A stretch of DNA of 64,000 nucleotides, taken from assembly GCA_964188305.1 (NCBI GenBank), contig OZ076890.1; one strand, 5' to 3'. Within the stretch, counting starts at the first letter, position 1. Each line of letters begins with the position of its first letter. Both the position numbers and the translations under genes were made by a program. This document shows, in pieces, positions 58,944-64,000 of this stretch. This stretch comes from Podarcis bocagei. Lineage: Eukaryota. The notes beneath the pieces are model-generated. The model did not search any database, was not told the origin of the DNA, and saw only the letters and a list, made by a program, of their open reading frames with translations.

Positions 58944-60164
58944 GGAATCAGGAGGATCCCAATGCTGTTCTTTGTTTGGACAGAGACAATAAAGTTATTG
59001 TCTAGTTTCTTTACTAGTGTGGCCTCTAAGCCTTCCATGACATTCTCTATGTCTTTTTAAAAAATGAAACCGGAGTGTTAATCTACAAGCGTTATCAATG
59101 TAATGGACAAAATGTCACTCCATTTAAGGAAAGTCAATTCTATTACCACCACATCTTCACAGGCCTTCCAAAACACCTCCAGTATCATAAACATTAACAA
59201 CCACTGGGAATGATAATTCACAATAAGGTACTTTTTACATCTAAAAGCTAGAGTCATTGCTCTTTCTATTTGAATGAGAAGGTGGGCTATGAAGAACCCT
59301 CATGAGGAATTTGTGAAAACAGACCCAGAGCCAATATATGTTAAGAGTATGTCCTCTATTGTGTGATACTGTGCTTTCCTTTGTTATAAAATATATTGGT
59401 ATAATAACTGCCTTATGCAATGCTCTTCAGCTGTTTAGATATTGATCTCCTCTTACCACACAATAAATGAGAGTTGTAGGTTTTGGCCTACAGCCTCAAA
59501 CATTCTTGAATTCTAGGCGAGGCTATTTGCTTTTCAGATCAGGCAACTGATGCTGTTGATTTAATTACTGTGGGTGGTTGTTTGCTGTTTGAGTTTCATT
59601 TTTAATCCACAGGTTTGATGAAGGAAAGGTATGCTGGTTTAACACCACCTGGGGTCATCTGGAAAATAATTGTTACTGCTTCCTTGTTTCCCTGAACTGC
59701 TGTAAAAATACAAACCACAGCCCAAAAAAAGAATTCAATTTCAATATATTTCTGTTTTCCAGGGCATTTATATGGCAAAGCCTGCATGCTACTGCCTACA
59801 TGTGAGCTGAGCTAGCCTTTGGAAGATAAAAATGGAGGCACATACATTCAGAAGATGGATCTCAATGCATATAATTAAGGAGGTGAGAGCTCTCTGTGTG
59901 TAGCAAGCATTGATGGGCCATTTCTAACTTAATTTCATTTTTGCCATCCTGGTCCCTCCAGATGTTTTGAACTACAGCTCCAGCCAGCATGGCCATTGAA
60001 GGCTTCTCTACCTGGTTATTTTGAGGGTAAGAATTTATTGTGGGGGCAGGATGTTCTAAAACTTTTTAAATTACAGTTCCCTGAACCTGACACAACTTTC
60101 ACGGGAACGAAGTCTGAGGAACTGAGACAAACTGGTGAAAAGAGGTGCAGTTCTAGATCGCAGT

Positions 60165-60380
60165 GACAAAATAGAAACAGACAAATCACCAGGTGCAGAT
60201 GGCATCCACCTGAAAGTTCTTAAAGAATTCAAATGTAAAACTGCTGGTTTTCTAACAATAAAAAAAAACCTTGTCCCTAAGACTAGCCTCCATACCTGAG
60301 AATAGAAAAGTGGCCAATGTAAGTCCAATTTTTAAAAAGGTATCCAGGGATGGGATCCTGAAAATTGCGGGCAGTTTAGG
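60165..60380 (+). mobile_element. CR1 ORF2 internal fragment
   Basis: Encodes KSPGADGIHLKVLKEFK (KSPGPDGIHPRVLKEL-like) and ANVSPIFKK (ANVTPIFKKG-like). Confidence 0.8.
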
Positions 60381-60502
60381 AAAACAAATGGGCTGGCTGA
60401 TGCGAGCTATTTTCCAAAACTTATGGACAATACCAGGTTGGTGAGGACTGCTGCTTTATGTGGCTACTTCATGGGCGAGAGTTTGGGTATGTAATTCTAA
60501 TA

Positions 60503-60730
60503 CAGTGAAACCTTGGTTCTCAAACGCCTTGGTACTCAAACATTTCAGCCGAAAACCCAGAAGTAACTGTACCGTTTTTTTAATCTTTTCCAGAAGCCGA
60601 ATGTCCGATGCGGCTGCTGGCTGTTGTTTCCAGGGCGCCTGCACCAAATGGAAGCCGTGTTTTGGTTTTCGAACGTTTCGGAAGTCGAACGGACTTCTGG
60701 AACGGATTACGTTCAAGAACCAAGGTATGT
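60503..60730. mobile_element. Tc1/mariner-type MITE, family B (opposite orientation to the 46444 copy)
   Basis: TA|CAGTGAAACCTTGGTTCTC...GTTCAAGAACCAAGGTA. Confidence 0.8.
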
Positions 60731-61125
60731 CTTAAATGTACTGGTATCTTGATATATGGCGGGAAAGCATATGGAATTTACATCCATATAGGAATGTGCC
60801 AATCCCCTTTGAGAAATTGTGTTGCTCCTATTTAAATTGTTTTCCTGGTTTCACTTGGATGTTCTGCCTGCGGTGGAATCTTTGAATTCGCTTCCAATGT
60901 GACTTCATGGAACTACAATTACAACCTAGGACATTGGAAATCACTATCTCTCACACACCAATCCCAGAAGTGTCATTTGGAGGGGGGGGGCGTCAAGTCA
61001 AGACAGTCCAATATTAAATTTTAATTTTAATTCAAAAGGAATCCCAGCTGTCCTGAAAATACAAAGTTGGTGAGCATACCAGAAACTCTCTCTTTATTCT
61101 CAGTCTCAACTTTCTTTCCATGCTA

Positions 61126-61261
61126 GGGTGGGTGGCCAACGAGGAGCCCTACAGATATTGCTGGACAACAACTCCCATCAGCCATGACCATTGGCCATGC
61201 CGGTTGGGATTGATGGGAGTTGGAGTCCAAAAGCATCTGGAGGGCATATTAGTTATTCCTG
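61126..61261. mobile_element. Degenerate copy of the hAT-type hairpin MITE
   Basis: CCCTACAGATATTGCTGGACAACAACTCCCATCA...TGATGGGAGTTGGAGTCCAAAAGCATCTGGAGGGC. Confidence 0.75.
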
Positions 61262-61725
61262 CTCTCTACACATTAGTGCTCAGCTCAGCAGCTCCCTCCA
61301 TCGCAAAGGTTGGCTCTCATTGCACAGCAAGCAATGCTGTGTCACTGGCTGCTGAATCCTAAGCAAGAGGGATGTACCTCCCTTTGTTAATTAGCCATAA
61401 CTTCAACAGCAGTCTATATTTTGCCTGATCATCCCTGAGTAATGTTAGAGTTTTGTCACACTACTCTTCTGGATGGTAGTAGTTCTTGCTCAGCCCTCCC
61501 ACTCCTGCCCAAGCAAATGCTGTTTCTTTCATCAAAACTCTGTGCCCTTCTCTGCAAACTGGCTAGCACATACTCCTTCCGCAGAACAGCTATTCTTCTC
61601 TACCTGCAGCAGAACACCAATTTCACAGAAAACAAAACTTTTGCTCTATTGCTGTATCAGTTCCTGACCAGCCACCACTACCAACATCTTTTTATTATTA
61701 CTAGTAGTAGTAATAAAGGGGGGGG

Positions 61726-62445
61726 AGGACTTGGGTAACTGCCAACTGATGAGCTTGGCACTGATAGCAAGAAACGTCCTAGAACAGATAATTCGGTATG
61801 TCTGTGAACACTTGGAAAAGGATACTATGATTACTAAGACCCAACATGTATTTCTCAAAAACAAGTCATGCCAGACAAACCTCTCTCTTTTATATATATA
61901 TAGAGAGAGTTACAAGCTTGGTGGATCAGGGGAATGCTGTGAGCATAGTGTATCTTGATTTCATAAGGCTTTTGAGAAAGTCCCCCATGATATTCTTGTG
62001 AGGAAGCTGGTAAAATGCAGGTTGGACAAGGTAACTGTTAGGTGGATTTGTAGCCACCCAATATGATCAAAAGTCAGAAAATCAAGCCTTATGAAGAATA
62101 CTTGAAGGAGCTAGGTATGTTTCACCTGGAAAAGAGGAGAGTGAGAGGAGATACGATAGACACCTTCAAATATCTTAAGGGTTGTCACATGGAAGATGGA
62201 GCAAACTTGTTTTCTCCTGCTCTGGAGGGTAGGACTTGATCCAATAGCTTCAAGTTACAAGAAAGGAGATTCCGACTAAACCTCAGGAAGAGCTGTCTGA
62301 CAATAAGAGCTGTTCAACAGTCATTGGAGGTTTTTAAGTTGGATGGCCATCTGTCATGCATGCTTTAGTTGAGATTCCTGCATTGCAGAGGGTTGGACTA
62401 GATTACCCTTGGGGTCCCTTCCAACTCTACAATTCTATGATTCTG
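61726..62445 (+). mobile_element. CR1 LINE, internally deleted (RT N-terminal part joined to 3' end)
   Basis: Encodes GNCQLMSL...LEQII...QHVFLKNKSCQTNL (QHGFxKNKSCQTNL-like) and a YLDFxKAFxKVPH-like segment. Ends TTCCAACTCTACAATTCTATGATTCT. Confidence 0.9.
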
Positions 62446-63644
62446 TAGTAGCAGCAGAAATTATTTGTCGCTTTCCACAAATAAGCCTCAAATCCATAAA
62501 ACACACGGAACTTTTCATCATCAGAAAAAGGTGCTCCAGAAGGTAATTTAAACTACTATTAGATATATTCAGAGTTCATAGATATGTAGCTGTAAAACAG
62601 AGGTACTTTATAGCTACAACACAATGGCACTGCACTCAGTTTACACAAAAGTCAATTACTTTTCCAGATACTAAACAGTGAAAAATCAAGCCTATTGTGT
62701 TCTTTCTCTCTCACTTTATTTGAAAGATGCTGAAATCAGAGGCTGTTTCACAGATCATGCAGATATAGCTATTGAAGAGACGGGTTTTCTTTTGCAGTTT
62801 TGCTCCTTTTTGCATGCTTCAAGTCCTCCATTTGCATGTTGCTTATTCTTGCCTTATTTTTGATGGACTGATACACCGATTGATTTAGGCCATTTTCCCC
62901 ACAATTTCCATTTTGTAGCAATTTAAGCTTTCATCTGAGGTGTCAGATTTAAGTCAAAGACTTCCTAAAAAAAACCATAAAGCAGTCAAATACCTTTTCC
63001 CATTAAAAAAAACCCACTATATTTATTTATGAGGTTCACAGTAAATGTGTGATCAATGGTTTGTTTCAATGGGGTGTATCCAATTTGACTTTCATGTATG
63101 ATAGTTAGATACTGTTTTATTGTTTTGTTGCTGCTGCAGCAGATTTATTTAGTTACATTTCCACGAGCACCTCTGTTAATTGCTGGCCCAAAGAAATCTC
63201 CCGTTTTCTGCACCGGGATAATGAGTTACTTCAGGCATAACTCAGGAGAGTGTCCAGAATAAAGAATTAGCTGAAAGGATATGTGTGTGCACTCACAGTT
63301 TATGACCCTGAAATTTAGATATAAAGAGGATCCACAAAGCACTTCCCAGAGAAACATTTAACCCACACCCCTAAGTTTTCTTTGGATGCAGGCCTGGCCC
63401 CAGCTCTCAGCCAGGTTGGGCACTGACTGAGGGCTCCAGGGGCTTGGAGTGGCTCAATACTGGTCCAGCCTGGCGGCTTCATCATTCACCTTCCTCTGGA
63501 TGCTTTTCAGTAGTGGGCAGCAGTGCCACTTTGGAACAGCAGCCAAGCTGAACTCCTATCTGCGGTGGCCTCCCATCACTCTAAGGTGACCCAAATGTGA
63601 TGCCCTGTCCCTTTAGATCTATGACATGTATCCAGGTAGTGAAG

Positions 63645-63732
63645 GAGCACGGATGAATCAGACCAAAGACCTATCTAGTCCAGCATTCTGCTTTTACAGA
63701 ACAGATGCCTATCAGAACCCTGCAAGCAGGAA
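63645..63732 (-). mobile_element. CR1-clade 3' UTR fragment
   Basis: GATGAATCAGACCAAAGACCTATCTAGTCCAGCATTCTG is the reverse complement of the tail seen at 35285-35325. Confidence 0.6.
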
Positions 63733-64000
63733 ATGAGCACAATAGCCCTCGCCCCACTCACGTTCCCCACAGCTGCGCTTAGGCCTGCTTCGGAAGCTCC
63801 ATCTGGTGCAAAATGCAGTGGGCCAGACTGCTGATGGGGGCATCTGGCAAGAACATGTGACACAATTGTTAAAGCAGATGCCACTGGCTGCCCATCCTCT
63901 ACTGAGCAAGGTTCAAGGTCTTTGTATTTATTTGCGAAGCCCTGAACTACTTAGGTCCAGGGTACCTTAAGGACAGCTTGAACCTTATATCCCAAGTCAG

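Noticed and set aside
60165-62445. Idea that the two upstream CR1 pieces are one element split by later MITE insertions
   Set aside because: Both pieces contain the DPGNYRPVSL-equivalent segment (~60353-60380 and ~61726-61760), so they overlap rather than abut. Independent insertions are more likely.

Overview
Vertebrate genomic DNA, most likely from a squamate. A lacertid-type lizard is suggested by Sauria SINEs, CR1/L2 LINEs and lizard-type MITEs; this is inference. The window holds the 5' part of one protein-coding gene on the minus strand: PTGFRN (prostaglandin F2 receptor inhibitor; EWI-F / CD9P-1 / FPRP). A CpG-island promoter (~56.7-58.4 kb) is followed by a 55-nt coding signal-peptide exon and five Ig-domain exons (exons 2-6). 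All junctions are GT-AG and phase 1, giving 2083 coding nt (694 codons + 1 nt). The remaining exons (last Ig domain, TM, tail) lie beyond the left edge. Intron 1 is ~26 kb and intron 5 ~21 kb. They contain four Sauria SINEs, CR1/L2/L1/RTE-like remnants, TA-flanked Tc1/mariner-type MITEs, hAT-type hairpin MITEs, a ~327-bp tandem duplication and microsatellites. I found no convincing new protein-coding system: the other ORFs in the track are repeat-derived, antisense or chance. The best leads are splicing and regulatory features. These are a competing frameshifting donor at exon 2, a (UG)n/(CU)n/C12 acceptor, a circRNA-prone exon 2-5 block with a stop-free circular frame, an EWI-to-EWV change, a duplicated E-box module and a promoter palindrome.
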